DNA of 64,000 nucleotides from an uncultured virus (IMG/VR IMGVR_UViG_3300008954_000037) (IMGVR_UViG_3300008954_000037); one strand, 5' to 3'. Numbered from the stretch's first letter, positions 1 to 10,468 are shown. Made by a program: numbers and translations. The notes: a model not told the origin generated them from the letters alone.

Positions 1-1857
1 GCGCTGCCCATTGTCTCCCATGAGGACTACCGGGCCTCCGAGGTGCGCGGCAACCGGCCTGAGCCGTCCACCAGTGAGATCGCTGAGGAGTACGCCCGTC
101 GCTTTCTCGACCGCATGGGCCCGGCCATCGAGGGCCAGGGCGGCGACACGCACACCTACAACATCTGTTGCGCCATCTGCGTCGGCTACAACTTCCCCTA
201 CGAAGTCTCCTGGGACTTGCTCTCGGACTGGAACAAGACGTGTCATCCCCCGTGGGAGGATGACGACCTGCGGACCAAGATGGGCAACGCCATGCGCTAC
301 GCCAACGAGTCGTGGGGCAACCGGCGGTGTGATGGTATCGCGCTTTGGATCCGCAAGATCAAAGCCGACGCCGCCCAGCGACACGGTACGGTTGTCGATC
401 CCGACGATGAGATCACCGACACCCACAGCCCATGCCGGGGTTGGCGCGGCCCTCGCTACGCCCCCGCCGGGACGGGGCCTGAAGGTCAGCCGCTCCCCCT
501 GCTGAAGCGAGGCGACATCGAGGAGGTGAGCCGCTACATGAAGGAGGAGATCGAACACCGGCTGCCCACCCCTGTCATCGGGGACCGGGGATCTCTGTGG
601 TACTACACCAAGAACAAAGGCGACGACGACACCGAGAACGACGGCATCTGGAAGCAGATCGTCAAAGAGGACGCCTACACCCACGCGCTGTCGTACAGCG
701 GTGAATGGATCCACAAGGGCGAAGACAAGCGGTCCATGCTCAAGATCACCTCCGAAGGCTTCGTCAAAGGTGTCGTCCACGCCATCGAATGGCAGGCCCA
801 TCGCGCAGGCTTCTTCGACAACGCCCCCTACGGCGTGACCCTCCGCAACGGCTTTGTCCGGGTCCGCAACGGCGACATCAAGCTGGAGCCCCACCACCAC
901 AACCAGAGGTCGCTCCGAAAGGTCGAAGCCACCTACCAGCCCGGCAAACGCAGCCCCATGCTCGACACCATGCTCAAAGCCTGCTTTGAGGGTGAGGCCG
1001 ACTGCGACCGGAGGATCCAACTCCTGGGGGAGATCGTCGGCATCGGGCTGATGGGCCTCGCACCCACCTTCCAGAAGGCACTCCTGCTGACCGGCGAAGG
1101 GGCCAATGGCAAGTCCACCTTCGCCAACGTCGTCGAAAAGCTGTTCCCCGTGGTCACCTCGGTGGCCCCGCAAGAGATGCACAGCGAGTACAACCGCGAC
1201 CTGCTCGTCGGCGCCAGCCTCAACTCCGTGCGTGACCTGCCTGAGACCAAGATCAAGAACGTCGGCTACGTCAAGGCAGGCATCACCGGGGAACCCATGA
1301 ACTGCCGCAGTATCTACCAAGCCCCCTACCGAGGGGTCAGCCGCGCCCTGTTCATGTATCTGGCCAACCAACTGCCCAAGGTGGCCGACACCAGCCACGC
1401 CTTCTTCCGCCGTATGCTCATCGTGGACTGGCCCAACATCTTTGAAGGCGACAACGACGACAAAGACCTCGGCCCGCGCATCATCCGCATGGAGTTGGAC
1501 GGGGTGCTGTCCTTCGCCCTGGACTGCGCCAAAGGGGTACTCCAGCGAGGCAAGTACATCGAGTTGCCATCGTCCGCGAAGCAGGTCAAGGACTGGCGCG
1601 AAGACAACGACAGCATCGCTGGATGGGTCGACGACAGGGTCTTGGTCCTCGACACCCACTCACCCAAGAAGAAGGCCACCCTGGCCAAGATGGTCTACAC
1701 CAACTACGCCAAGCACGCGAATTGGCACGGACATGACGCCATCGGACCCCGTGTGTTCTGGCGGCAGGTTGCCCAACGCTTCTCCATCACCCGCAAGAAG
1801 CGGTCGGACGGAGATGGCCAGTATTTCGTGAACATACGGCTCATCAAGGACGAATGA
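1..1857 (+). CDS. Primase-helicase (PriCT-like region + D5/P4-family SF3 helicase), 5' truncated by window edge
   Basis: Frame is open from position 1. Walker A LTGEGANGKST, P4/D5-type ANQLPKVADTSHAFFRR, N-terminal GQGGD...WNKTCHPPW PriCT-like motif, C-terminal winged-helix-like region. Confidence 0.9.
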   Translation, partial: ALPIVSHEDYRASEVRGNRPEPSTSEIAEEYARRFLDRMGPAIEGQGGDTHTYNICCAICVGYNFPYEVSWDLLSDWNKTCHPPWEDDDLRTKMGNAMRYANESWGNRRCDGIALWIRKIKADAAQRHGTVVDPDDEITDTHSPCRGWRGPRYAPAGTGPEGQPLPLLKRGDIEEVSRYMKEEIEHRLPTPVIGDRGSLWYYTKNKGDDDTENDGIWKQIVKEDAYTHALSYSGEWIHKGEDKRSMLKITSEGFVKGVVHAIEWQAHRAGFFDNAPYGVTLRNGFVRVRNGDIKLEPHHHNQRSLRKVEATYQPGKRSPMLDTMLKACFEGEADCDRRIQLLGEIVGIGLMGLAPTFQKALLLTGEGANGKSTFANVVEKLFPVVTSVAPQEMHSEYNRDLLVGASLNSVRDLPETKIKNVGYVKAGITGEPMNCRSIYQAPYRGVSRALFMYLANQLPKVADTSHAFFRRMLIVDWPNIFEGDNDDKDLGPRIIRMELDGVLSFALDCAKGVLQRGKYIELPSSAKQVKDWREDNDSIAGWVDDRVLVLDTHSPKKKATLAKMVYTNYAKHANWHGHDAIGPRVFWRQVAQRFSITRKKRSDGDGQYFVNIRLIKDE

Positions 1858-2037
1858 GAGGCCCCGAGAGGCTCTTTTCCCCGCCAAAAATCGTCTTTTG
1901 CCTGAACGCCTGTACAGTACAGTCCTGCGACCCCCTCAATTTTTTCTCGCAGGGTCTGTTCAGCGTCAGATTTTCGCCGTTTTGCAGGGGGTGGAGAGAC
2001 CATCCGAGCCCGGTTTGGGTGCATCCTGGGGCAAACT

Positions 2038-2618
2038 GGTACAAAACATGGTACATCGAGGTGGGAGCAGGGATTCGGAATCTCAGATCTACAGCGGAAA
2101 AACGGATCTCAGATCTCGACTCAAAAAAATCCTCAGACAAGTCAACAAGTTTTGAACTTCCCCACTCTAAAGTCAACCGCGATGATAAGGAAATATGGAT
2201 CTTGGTCTGTACCGTTTTGAGTTTTTGGGCCTCGAAAACGGTACAAGGTCAAGCTCCGAAAGTTGATTGGTTTCAAAAGGTTCGACGATGTCATGTACCA
2301 GTTGTACCGTGTTGGTCTCACGCGCGCACGCGAGGGCTTATCCCGACTCTCAGATTCCCAGACTAAAAACGGCGCAGACCAAAAATAAAAAAACCTCCGG
2401 CCAACTTCTCTTAAGGGGGTCAGCTTTTGAAACTGGTATAAACGGTACATTTCTTGATTCAACGCCTACATATCCTTGAGGAAAAGAGGTGCTCGTGCCC
2501 AAAAACCAAAACGGTACATGAATCTGAGGTTGGTTTGGAAGGATTTAGAATGTCAGCGCAATTTTAGATGCGTTTATGTACCCAGTCTATTGATCTAAAC
2601 GGTACACAACATGGTACA
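2038..2618. repeat. AT-rich intergenic region with iterated (AAAC)GGTACA/TGTACC motifs; candidate replication origin
   Basis: About 11 copies in both orientations (2038, 2050, 2208, 2240, 2294, 2303, 2444, 2513, 2577, 2601, 2613) directly downstream of the primase-helicase; inverted pair at 2208-2245. Confidence 0.6.
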
Positions 2619-2769
2619 TTTTCCAGACTTGTTCTGAGATCTCGCCTCTGTGACCTAATCTGAAATCTGGAACAATAATAAAACTCAGATTTCGGGTGAA
2701 GTCGTTTATCCAGATTCGACCCCGGAGAAATCGGGGCCATCGTCTTTTTTGGCCTTGGGGGTAGACTAG

Positions 2770-2789
2770 ACCTCCCCTTAAGGGGAGGT
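2770..2789. promoter_or_regulatory. Perfect 20-bp palindrome ACCTCCCCTTAAGGGGAGGT
   Basis: The sequence equals its reverse complement; intergenic, upstream of the VRR-NUC gene. Function unknown. Confidence 0.5.
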
Positions 2790-2829
2790 ATAGGCTAGGG
2801 TCTGTTGGGGCTCAGATTTGGGGGGTGTC

Positions 2830-3183
2830 ATGGGACCAGAATCCACAGAGCAGAGATCGGTGGTTGCGCGTTTGCGGCGGGCCAAGATGTGTTTCTGCGC
2901 GGTCCCCAACGAGCGGGTCAACAAGATCCAAGCCATCCACTTCAAGAGGATGGGTGTGGAGGCTGGTGCCCCGGACCTGCTGATCTTCGATCCCCCTCCG
3001 GCGGTGTGGGGTGCAGTGGGGACCGCTCTGGAGATGAAGAAGGTGGGTGCAACTACGAGTGACGTGAGCGCGGCCCAGACCAAGTTTCATGGGCGCCTGG
3101 AGGCCCTGTCCTGGCACGTCATCGTGGGTAACGGCGCGCAGGATGCTCTGGCCAAGTTACGGGAGGCAGGATATAACCTCTGA
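2830..3183 (+). CDS. VRR-NUC domain (PD-(D/E)xK) nuclease
   Basis: VPNE...MGVEAGAPDLLI...LEMKK...SAAQ pattern typical of phage VRR-NUC proteins. Confidence 0.8.
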   Translation: MGPESTEQRSVVARLRRAKMCFCAVPNERVNKIQAIHFKRMGVEAGAPDLLIFDPPPAVWGAVGTALEMKKVGATTSDVSAAQTKFHGRLEALSWHVIVGNGAQDALAKLREAGYNL

Positions 3184-3377
3184 CGCGAGATCTGACGATT
3201 CCAGCCAGAGGCAACGCCATGGCAGCCCAAAACTTCCAGGACCTTCTCCCGCCACTTCAGATCAGACGCACCGCCGCGCTGTCTGCGACCATCGGTGACT
3301 CCTGTCCCGCGAGGTCTAAACCAAGGAGATGATAGGCTGCTCCGCACTGTTCTCGACTCATAAAGTGGGGGAACCCT

Positions 3378-3947
3378 ATGCAATTCATTGAGAAGCTCGG
3401 AGTGTTCCCGAATAGCAGCACGAGGCCCCGTAAGGCGATCCCACGCCTCATCGTCATCCACTACAGCTACACACACTCCCCGACCAGCACGGTCAACGTG
3501 CTGAACAACAAGGGCCTCTCGACCCACTTTGAGGTCGACAAGTACGGCAACGTCTACAGGTACGTCGACCCCGCCAAGCGGTTCGCCTTCCACGGCGGCA
3601 AGCTGAACAGCCGTAGCATCGGCATCGACGTGACCAGCACGGGCACCTTCACCTCCACCCAGATCGACAGCGTTCGCCGGCTCGTCACCTACCTGTGCAA
3701 CCGCTTCAGCATCCCCCAGGTCGTCGCCCCGGACGGGGTGAAGTACACCAACCTCGGCCAGATCGAAGCAGCCGGTGTGGGCATCCTCCGACACCGCAAC
3801 CTACGCCCCACGCAGTGCCCTGGCACCTTCCCCATGGAGGAAATGGCCAAACCCCTGGGCGAAGGGCTGGCGACGTGGGAGAAGGCCGCCCTGGTCGCCG
3901 CCGGCATGGCCGCGTTCTGGCTGTGGCGCCGAAGGAGACGAACATGA
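3378..3947 (+). CDS. N-acetylmuramoyl-L-alanine amidase (Amidase_2) with C-terminal TM anchor
   Basis: IVIHYS, STHFEV, AFHGG..NSRSIGID, HR..PTQCPG motifs; hydrophobic tail followed by RRRRR. Confidence 0.85.
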   Translation: MQFIEKLGVFPNSSTRPRKAIPRLIVIHYSYTHSPTSTVNVLNNKGLSTHFEVDKYGNVYRYVDPAKRFAFHGGKLNSRSIGIDVTSTGTFTSTQIDSVRRLVTYLCNRFSIPQVVAPDGVKYTNLGQIEAAGVGILRHRNLRPTQCPGTFPMEEMAKPLGEGLATWEKAALVAAGMAAFWLWRRRRRT

Positions 3948-4663
3948 ACGACGAGTGCGCGTGGTGTGGCGCTGAGATCCTCCCCGGACACGACTACCGC
4001 AACCGCCTGGACGAGGTGTTCTGCACCAAAGCTCATCGCAGCGCCAGCAACCGGGCGCTGTCCCGGCTCACCGGCAGAACGATGACCCAGATGGTCAAGG
4101 ACCGTAAATCGAAACTCAGAAAACGTCGCAACCCGGTCCACGCCGCCGGTCCTGGCTGTTACCAGTGGGGCAGCCAGAAGGTGTACTGCGGCCCCGGCGC
4201 CGAGGGCAAGGCCACCCGCCAGGGCCGGGCCATCCGGGCGACGGGCTGGAGGGAACGCAACCCCAAACCCATCGGCCAATGCTTCCCCTGGGCCTACCGC
4301 TACCTCCGCGAACACCCGGACGCCATCTTGCTTCAAGGGACCGTCGAGGAGCCGTTCTCTGACCCTCCGCACCGCTACTGGCATGGCTGGGTGGTCCACG
4401 AAGGCAAGATCAAGGACTGGCAGACGATGGAAGGACCGATGGCGGGCGGCATGAAATACGGGGGCGTGGGCTGGCCCATCCCCCTGTGGATGGACATGCA
4501 CAAGCCTCGTGACGTGAGGGAATACGACCGCGACGAGGCGCTGGATGCCCTCGCCTACTGCCGGCACATGGGTCCGTGGCACGGCCCATACGCTGCCGGC
4601 CTCACCGAAGGAGGGTTCCAGGGTCGGACGCTCCCTGAGCCTGACGACTGGGATGATTGGTAG
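3944..4663 (+). CDS. NP-delimited modular protein: Zn-finger-like N-terminus + papain/transglutaminase-like (C-H-D) domain
   Basis: ATGA overlap with the amidase, RBS aaggag. CAWC..FC; RRNP and ERNP linkers; GQCF..HGWV..DWQT..HMGPW. Confidence 0.65.
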   Translation: MNDECAWCGAEILPGHDYRNRLDEVFCTKAHRSASNRALSRLTGRTMTQMVKDRKSKLRKRRNPVHAAGPGCYQWGSQKVYCGPGAEGKATRQGRAIRATGWRERNPKPIGQCFPWAYRYLREHPDAILLQGTVEEPFSDPPHRYWHGWVVHEGKIKDWQTMEGPMAGGMKYGGVGWPIPLWMDMHKPRDVREYDRDEALDALAYCRHMGPWHGPYAAGLTEGGFQGRTLPEPDDWDDW

Positions 4664-4665
4664 CC

Positions 4666-5730
4666 ATGAGTCGACGACCTGCTGAGGACACCTATCCCAT
4701 CACGCCGGACTACATCCCGTCGCCCGGTGACATGATCTATGTGCGCCGTGACGGCGCCCTGGAGGGCCGCTTCATCCTGGCCACGGACATGGGCATGACC
4801 TCACGCGACGAGCAGCAGTGGCGGGCCCTGTCGGTCACAGGCAAGGCATACGGCGTGGAGTTGTCGAACCACAGGACGCCGACCAAACCTCGGGCCATGC
4901 ACATCGTGCATGTGGAGATGGGGCGATCGTTCTACGGCGACTGGACCAGCACCTACTCACGCCACCACTCGCTGCCCTACACCGACGCCCAGGCGTATAA
5001 CTGGGCGACCAGCCCGCGCCCTCTGCGCCTCAGCGGGCACCGAGACCCCCGTGTCGACGGCATCTTCCGCCGGGCCTATCGCAAGTTTCGCAAGGCATTC
5101 CCCGCGATAGGCGTGGTGAAGCTGGTGCTGACCGACCGGCACTTCTTGCCGCCTGACGAGTTGACGGCGCGGGATGTGGCGTGGTTCGACGACGACCTTC
5201 GCACGGTGTTCATCCACACCGCCGCTCTGGATCACGACGACGCGACGTTGGAGGGGCTCATCTGGCACGAGTTGGGGCACGCCGCCGAAGCGGACCTTGA
5301 CGCGCCGGAGTGCGAAGCCAGGGCTGATCACCTCGCCAAGCTGGCGATCGGGCGCCCCGTTCGCTACACGGAGGGCGGCATGCAAAACTCTCAACGAGGC
5401 GAGCCCGAGCGCCCGGCGTGGCTTCATCGCAACCCGAGGGCCGAGGTCCGCACCATCTTCGTGACCGGCGACGGGGGGCTGTGGCGGCTCAACCGCGCCG
5501 CCATCAAGGCGGTGGCCAGGGGGGCCAACTGGTACGACGTGGGCGTGGAGACAGCGACCTACCAGAGTATCCACACCGGCAAGTGGCACAAGCTGCCCAA
5601 GGCCCTGTACTGGTCCGAGGATATGCGCCACCCCGAGTCAGCAGAGGACGGCGTTCTGGTCGTCTCCTACGACTACCCCGATGAGATCACCGCAGCGGCT
5701 CGCAGGGCTTTCCCCCCGCGCCGGAGGTAG
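4666..5730 (+). CDS. Modular protein with zincin (HExxH) metallopeptidase-like domain
   Basis: WHELGH..CEARAD; an HRNP linker precedes the C-terminal domain. Confidence 0.6.
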   Translation: MSRRPAEDTYPITPDYIPSPGDMIYVRRDGALEGRFILATDMGMTSRDEQQWRALSVTGKAYGVELSNHRTPTKPRAMHIVHVEMGRSFYGDWTSTYSRHHSLPYTDAQAYNWATSPRPLRLSGHRDPRVDGIFRRAYRKFRKAFPAIGVVKLVLTDRHFLPPDELTARDVAWFDDDLRTVFIHTAALDHDDATLEGLIWHELGHAAEADLDAPECEARADHLAKLAIGRPVRYTEGGMQNSQRGEPERPAWLHRNPRAEVRTIFVTGDGGLWRLNRAAIKAVARGANWYDVGVETATYQSIHTGKWHKLPKALYWSEDMRHPESAEDGVLVVSYDYPDEITAAARRAFPPRRR

Positions 5731-5781
5731 CTTGTGGATGACGTAATCGAGGGCTGTCAGCCCATCCCCAGGCCGGTGCCG

Positions 5782-5991
5782 CTACTTGGTGGCGGTGGCG
5801 TCAGCGGGGGCGCTGGTGGCGGTGGCGTCAGCGGGGGAGGCTGTCCCGGTGACCTCCTCGGCCAGCGGCACGTCGCCGTCTGTGACGACGGTGGTGGTGG
5901 GCGTGGCGGCGTCTTCGGACTTGCTGCACTGCCAGCAGGCGAAGGCGCCGAGTAGCAAGATCATGATCAGGATACGTTTCATGGGGTTCAC
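5782..5991 (-). CDS. Small putative lipoprotein, Thr/Ala-rich
   Basis: Basic N-terminus, hydrophobic stretch, Cys (GAFAC). Confidence 0.55.
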   Translation of the reverse strand: MNPMKRILIMILLLGAFACWQCSKSEDAATPTTTVVTDGDVPLAEEVTGTASPADATATSAPADATATK

Positions 5992-6245
5992 TTCTTGAGG
6001 TTGTGGCCGATCAGGAACCCGATGCCGGCGCCGACCAGCAGCGGCAGCACTATCGCGGTCATGCTGAACCTGTCGAGCTTCTCCATGACCTGATGGCCAC
6101 CCTTCGTCTTGCGGACGAAGATGTCGAAGCTGTCGGCCAGAATTGGCGGGGCGTCCTTGGCGGCCTTGGTGGTCACGCTCTTGGACAGCCAGTTGGCGAT
6201 GTCGTCTACGGTTCCGTGGAGACTTGAGCCGGGCTGAAGCTGCAT
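5988..6245 (-). CDS. Small membrane protein
   Basis: C-terminal TM segment; 4-nt overlap coupling with neighbour. Confidence 0.55.
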   Translation of the reverse strand: MQLQPGSSLHGTVDDIANWLSKSVTTKAAKDAPPILADSFDIFVRKTKGGHQVMEKLDRFSMTAIVLPLLVGAGIGFLIGHNLKK

Positions 6246-6248
6246 GGG

Positions 6249-6530
6249 CTACTCCCCAAAGTCCGGCTTGTCGGTCGGCGTGTCCTGGGTGTCGGTCGCG
6301 GTGGCGGTCTCGGTGACGGCGGGCTTGGGGGTGAGGCCAACCTTGTCCTTGGCCTTGCTGCCCCAGTAGGCGGCGATGTCAGCGATACCCTGGGCGCCGA
6401 AGTAGGCGAGCAAGCCATCGTGGAAGATCTGCTCGGGCACGCTGCCGGCGAGGTAGCCCCCAAACACGGCGAGGATGATGATCAGCTTCTTGCCGCCGAA
6501 TCTCTCCCAGATGGAATTGATGATGCTCAT
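6249..6530 (-). CDS. Holin-like two-TM membrane protein
   Basis: GGKKLIIILAV...LAYFGAQGIAD resembles small phage holins; start moved to MSIINS. Confidence 0.5.
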   Translation of the reverse strand: MSIINSIWERFGGKKLIIILAVFGGYLAGSVPEQIFHDGLLAYFGAQGIADIAAYWGSKAKDKVGLTPKPAVTETATATDTQDTPTDKPDFGE

Positions 6531-6769
6531 GGGGCGTCTCCTGTTGCGGTTGCGGGCTTGCTCAGGGCAAAGGTACTGGTGATTTTGGTCTTGCTTCGCA
6601 GGACGTGCCGGTCGACGTGAGCGCCGGAAGTATAGCATCGAATCGTCGCGGTGTATGGGTTGGACTCCGCGTTCTTGTCCTGCCACAGCGCCAAGGTGGC
6701 ACGATCACAGGTCAAAACCGGGCTACACCCGGCAAAAACGAAACTCAGAATTGCGATGAGCCGCTTCAT
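6527..6769 (-). CDS. Putative lipoprotein
   Basis: MKRLIAILSFVFAGC signal peptide with lipobox. Confidence 0.55.
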   Translation of the reverse strand: MKRLIAILSFVFAGCSPVLTCDRATLALWQDKNAESNPYTATIRCYTSGAHVDRHVLRSKTKITSTFALSKPATATGDAP

Positions 6770-7176
6770 TTGTCCCCCCTGATCAGAAACACGACGCCCA
6801 GTTTCGGCACCTTGAGTTGCCACCAGTCCTCGTAGAAGTCGTCTTCGGCGTTGTCCTGGGTGGTTACGAACACCGTGGCGTCGGCGCAGTGATGCTTTTC
6901 GCAGACATGGCACACGTCCGGCGTCGTCCCCGGCAGCGGCCACGACTTCATGAGCCATTCGGCCAGGGCCTTGGCGTTGGGGAGCGACGAATCGACGCAC
7001 GCCTTCTTGTGGTGGATCTGAACCCTGGAGATGGTGCGGTGAAACTTGCGCCGGATGCGGCGCCGCTCCTCGGGTGCGTAGAGCTTGCTGGGTCGGGCGC
7101 GGGGGGTGTGGGTGCCGTTGCTCAGGGCTGCGAGGGCGGTCTGGAGTCCGATGCGGGCGTCTACCAAGCTCGTCAT
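6766..7176 (-). CDS. Hypothetical protein (CxxC..HC)
   Basis: ORF with RBS, coupled to both neighbours. Confidence 0.5.
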   Translation of the reverse strand: MTSLVDARIGLQTALAALSNGTHTPRARPSKLYAPEERRRIRRKFHRTISRVQIHHKKACVDSSLPNAKALAEWLMKSWPLPGTTPDVCHVCEKHHCADATVFVTTQDNAEDDFYEDWWQLKVPKLGVVFLIRGDK

Positions 7177-7448
7177 GAGATCTCCTTGTCCCTGAGTTGT
7201 TCTCGCAACCTGCGGAGCGCCTCGACCCACTCGGACTGGGCGGCAAAGGCTTTCTCCAAGCTGTCGGCGGTCAGGGCCTGGAGTCCCTGGGTGGCAGCCA
7301 CCAAGTCAGCGGTGTGCTGCGCCTGCATCACGTCCTTGTCCTTCTGCAACGCCTCTTTGGCGCGGTACAGGTGGATGCAAACAATGCCAAGGGCTATAAC
7401 CATGGCGATATACGGTGATTGTGACAGGAGCGCGGCCCACCCTTCCAT
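7173..7448 (-). CDS. Single-TM coiled-coil membrane protein (holin-like)
   Basis: N-terminal TM followed by a charged helix. Confidence 0.5.
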   Translation of the reverse strand: MEGWAALLSQSPYIAMVIALGIVCIHLYRAKEALQKDKDVMQAQHTADLVAATQGLQALTADSLEKAFAAQSEWVEALRRLREQLRDKEIS

Positions 7449-7449
7449 C

Positions 7450-8811
7450 CTACCCTCGCAACGCTCTCATACAACGACTTTCGGTGTATCCGACACAATG
7501 AGGCTCGGGAAGCGGGTACCCGTGCCGGTGCCGCTGCCGCTCCGAGGTTACCCATAGATGGGTCACTGGTCTAGCCCAGCCTGGAACGGGACGTGGAGGT
7601 GTGCGTTTAGATTCGGATTTTGAGACTCGCGGTAGAGGGCGGCGTGGTGGGGGCTCCTTCCACCCACAGGCGGGGCACTTGGTGGGTTGGAGGTCGCGCA
7701 GGGCACCGCAGAACCGGCACTCCTTGACCTGCCCCCCGAGGTACATCCCGTGGTTGGCCCAGTCCCGGTCACCGTCTGGCGGCCCGTGGCGGGCGATGTT
7801 GCCGCCGCAGTCGATGACGACGAGGTTCTTCTTGCCGGTGTGCGGCGACAGGCGAAGTCCTCGGCCCACGCACTGGAGGTACTTGGCCAGACTCATGGTG
7901 CCCATGGCCAGCAGCACGCACTCGGTCTCAACGAGGTCGAGCCCTTCGATGAACAGGCCGACGTTGCAGATGGCGTCGATCTCATGTGTGCGGAGCATTT
8001 CCAGCGCATCACTGCGGTCCTTGTCGGAGGTCTTGGCGTCGATGTGGACGGCGCGGAGGCCCGCCTGTGTGAAGGCTGAGACCAGGGCGTGGCTGGCGGT
8101 GACGCCGGCTGCGAACACGATGGTGCGCCTGCCGGCGGCCCGCTTCTGCCACGCCTTGACGATGGCCTGGGCCACGTCCCGCGAGGTGTAGGCGGCCTCC
8201 ATGGCTCGGCGGTCGTAGTCGCCTCGGAGCAGTCGGAGGTGTGACAACTCCGGGCCGCGTTCGATGTAGCAGACGCACGGAACGAGGCGCCCGGTGCGGG
8301 TGAGGTACAGGATGGAGGGGCCAACCACCATCTGGGGTGTGAGGTCGGATAGCTCCCGGCCATCGAGTCGGACGGGGGTGGCGCTGAGGCCGACGACGCG
8401 GCTGTCAAACTCGGTGATGGTGGACTTGTGCTGGTCGAGCAGGCGGTGGATCTCATCGACGATCAGGTACTCGGCGTACCATGCGTCGAAGTAGCCTTCC
8501 TTGATGCGTCGGACGAGGGTGCCGTTGGTGGCCAGGACGACCTTGTGACCTCTCAGCGAGGGTCTTGTGCCGGCGAGCAGGTTGACGTGTTTGAGTCCGG
8601 CGCGCTCAAAGCCGAGGTGGGTCTGGGTGTGGATTTCTTGGGTCGGCACGGTGTACAAGACGCGCCGCAGCCCGGCCCGTTCGACCAGTCTGAGAGCTAT
8701 CCGGGTCTTGCCGCTGCCGGTGGGTGCTTGGATCGTGACCTTGTTGTGGCCACCCGCCTGCAACTTCTCTACCTTGTGGATGATACGTCGCTGATAGGGG
8801 TAGTCGCCCAA
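7450..8811 (-). CDS. SF2 DExH helicase (RadD/YejH-like) with C-terminal Zn finger
   Basis: APTGSGKT, DEIH, SAT, QCVGRGLR, CxxC..CxxC; TTG start at 8811 preceded by AGGAGG. Confidence 0.9.
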   Translation of the reverse strand: MGDYPYQRRIIHKVEKLQAGGHNKVTIQAPTGSGKTRIALRLVERAGLRRVLYTVPTQEIHTQTHLGFERAGLKHVNLLAGTRPSLRGHKVVLATNGTLVRRIKEGYFDAWYAEYLIVDEIHRLLDQHKSTITEFDSRVVGLSATPVRLDGRELSDLTPQMVVGPSILYLTRTGRLVPCVCYIERGPELSHLRLLRGDYDRRAMEAAYTSRDVAQAIVKAWQKRAAGRRTIVFAAGVTASHALVSAFTQAGLRAVHIDAKTSDKDRSDALEMLRTHEIDAICNVGLFIEGLDLVETECVLLAMGTMSLAKYLQCVGRGLRLSPHTGKKNLVVIDCGGNIARHGPPDGDRDWANHGMYLGGQVKECRFCGALRDLQPTKCPACGWKEPPPRRPLPRVSKSESKRTPPRPVPGWARPVTHLWVTSERQRHRHGYPLPEPHCVGYTESRCMRALRG

Positions 8812-8894
8812 AGGGGAGCCTCCTGCACGACAAGCCTTGACGTGCGCGTTACAAGTTTTACCCTGCGCTGGGGATTTCTGATAGGGGAGTATCC

Positions 8895-10439
8895 ATGGCG
8901 ACCAAGCGAAAATCTGCTGCAAACCCTGCCGGGGTTCAGATCTCACCTGAAGATCTGGAGAGAGGACCAGTGACCATCAACCATCAGCACACTGTATCCA
9001 AGGTCGTCGGGGACGGCATTTCCGAGGAGGGAGGCCCGGAGCCCATCACCGCCAGAGATCTGGAGAACATGGAGTGGTTGGTCTACCGCCAGGAGGATGA
9101 CGGCTGGGTGTTCAAGGACAAGTACCCCGGTCGACCCTATGAGCCCGACCTGCGCGACTACTACGGACATGGCCGTTACCGCATCATCCCTGAAGGCCCC
9201 GATGGGCGCCCGATGGAGCAGTTTGCGGTCGTCCTCAAGGTGGGCAGAGCCACCCAACACGCCGACCACGAGGAGGACGAGGAGGGCGAGGTCACTGTCG
9301 TCAACCCGATGCAACAGATGGGCTCCATGATGGACCCCATGCTTCAATTCATGAGCCTCCAGATGCAGATGACCAGCCAGCGTGAGGCCGAGGCGGCACG
9401 TCGCGAGGAGACCCGGCGGCGCGTCGAGCAGGAGCGGGAGCGGGAGCGTCGGATCAGGGATCAGGAGCGGGAGGAAAAACGCCGCGAACGCGAGGAAAAA
9501 CGCGAGGAGGAACGACAGGCCCGCGACGAGGCCCGGCAGGATCGCATGGAACGGGAGGCCCGTGCCAAGGCCGAGGCTGAGACCGAGGAGCGCCGGGCCA
9601 GGGCCGAGGCCGATGCTGAGGAGCGCCGCGCCAAGGCCGAGTCCGACGCTGCGGAGCGACAGGCCCGCATCGACACCGAGGCCGCCAATCGCCACGCCCG
9701 CATGGAGTTGACCAGCACGCTGCTCACCGCCGCTGTCGGCGCGGTGTCGTCGATCGGTGGGGTGCTGCTGGAAAATCGAAACTCAAATCCTGAGCCTCGC
9801 GTCCTGCCGCCGGCCAACGACGGCGTCTCCGAGAAGCTGCTCGACGGCTTCCTCAAGCTCCAGCAGTTTCAGGCCGCCTCTCGGGGGGCTGTGCCCTCCA
9901 GCGGGGCAGAGCCTCGACAGGCGTTTGAGATGTTGGTGCTTCTCGACCAGTTGGCGGCCAACCGGGTCAAGGCGCAGATGCCCGTCTACGAGGAGGCCGA
10001 TGACGATGAGGATGAGGATGACGGCGTGATGGACATGCTCATGAAGGCGGCTCCGGTGTTGCAGATGCTCCGGGGCGGCGCGGGCGGGATGATGCCCGGA
10101 CAGGAGGCTACAGCCGGTCAGGTGGATCACACTGAGTTGGCCAGCGCGCTGATCTCCAATCCCCAGGCGCTCGCTGCTGTCGCCATGCAAGACCCTGACG
10201 GGGCGGCGTCCAGCTTCATCGCAGCGGTCAAGGGTAACCCCACTCTGGAGGCGGCTGTGGCCCGCGCGATGGAGAACGCCGAGGAGATCGAGCCGGCGAT
10301 CGGAGATCCCCAGCAGAGTGTGATCTACGACGTGCCGGAGGACGACGAGGAGGTCGAAGACGAGGAGGAGGGTGCAGTTGAGTTCATGTCTGGTATGGTG
10401 GGCGGCATGGGCGGCGGCGACGGTAGCGCCGTTGGCTGA
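8895..10439 (+). CDS. Large acidic/coiled-coil protein
   Basis: 514-aa ORF with an E/R-rich coiled coil and acidic tracts; first gene of the long + strand operon. Confidence 0.75.
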   Translation: MATKRKSAANPAGVQISPEDLERGPVTINHQHTVSKVVGDGISEEGGPEPITARDLENMEWLVYRQEDDGWVFKDKYPGRPYEPDLRDYYGHGRYRIIPEGPDGRPMEQFAVVLKVGRATQHADHEEDEEGEVTVVNPMQQMGSMMDPMLQFMSLQMQMTSQREAEAARREETRRRVEQERERERRIRDQEREEKRREREEKREEERQARDEARQDRMEREARAKAEAETEERRARAEADAEERRAKAESDAAERQARIDTEAANRHARMELTSTLLTAAVGAVSSIGGVLLENRNSNPEPRVLPPANDGVSEKLLDGFLKLQQFQAASRGAVPSSGAEPRQAFEMLVLLDQLAANRVKAQMPVYEEADDDEDEDDGVMDMLMKAAPVLQMLRGGAGGMMPGQEATAGQVDHTELASALISNPQALAAVAMQDPDGAASSFIAAVKGNPTLEAAVARAMENAEEIEPAIGDPQQSVIYDVPEDDEEVEDEEEGAVEFMSGMVGGMGGGDGSAVG

Positions 10440-10468
10440 CCCTCGCACGGCTTCGGGCCGGAGGCACC

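Noticed and set aside
1844..2479. ORFs called in the AT-rich region after the helicase
   Set aside because: Atypical composition and repeat-laden; more consistent with non-coding origin DNA.
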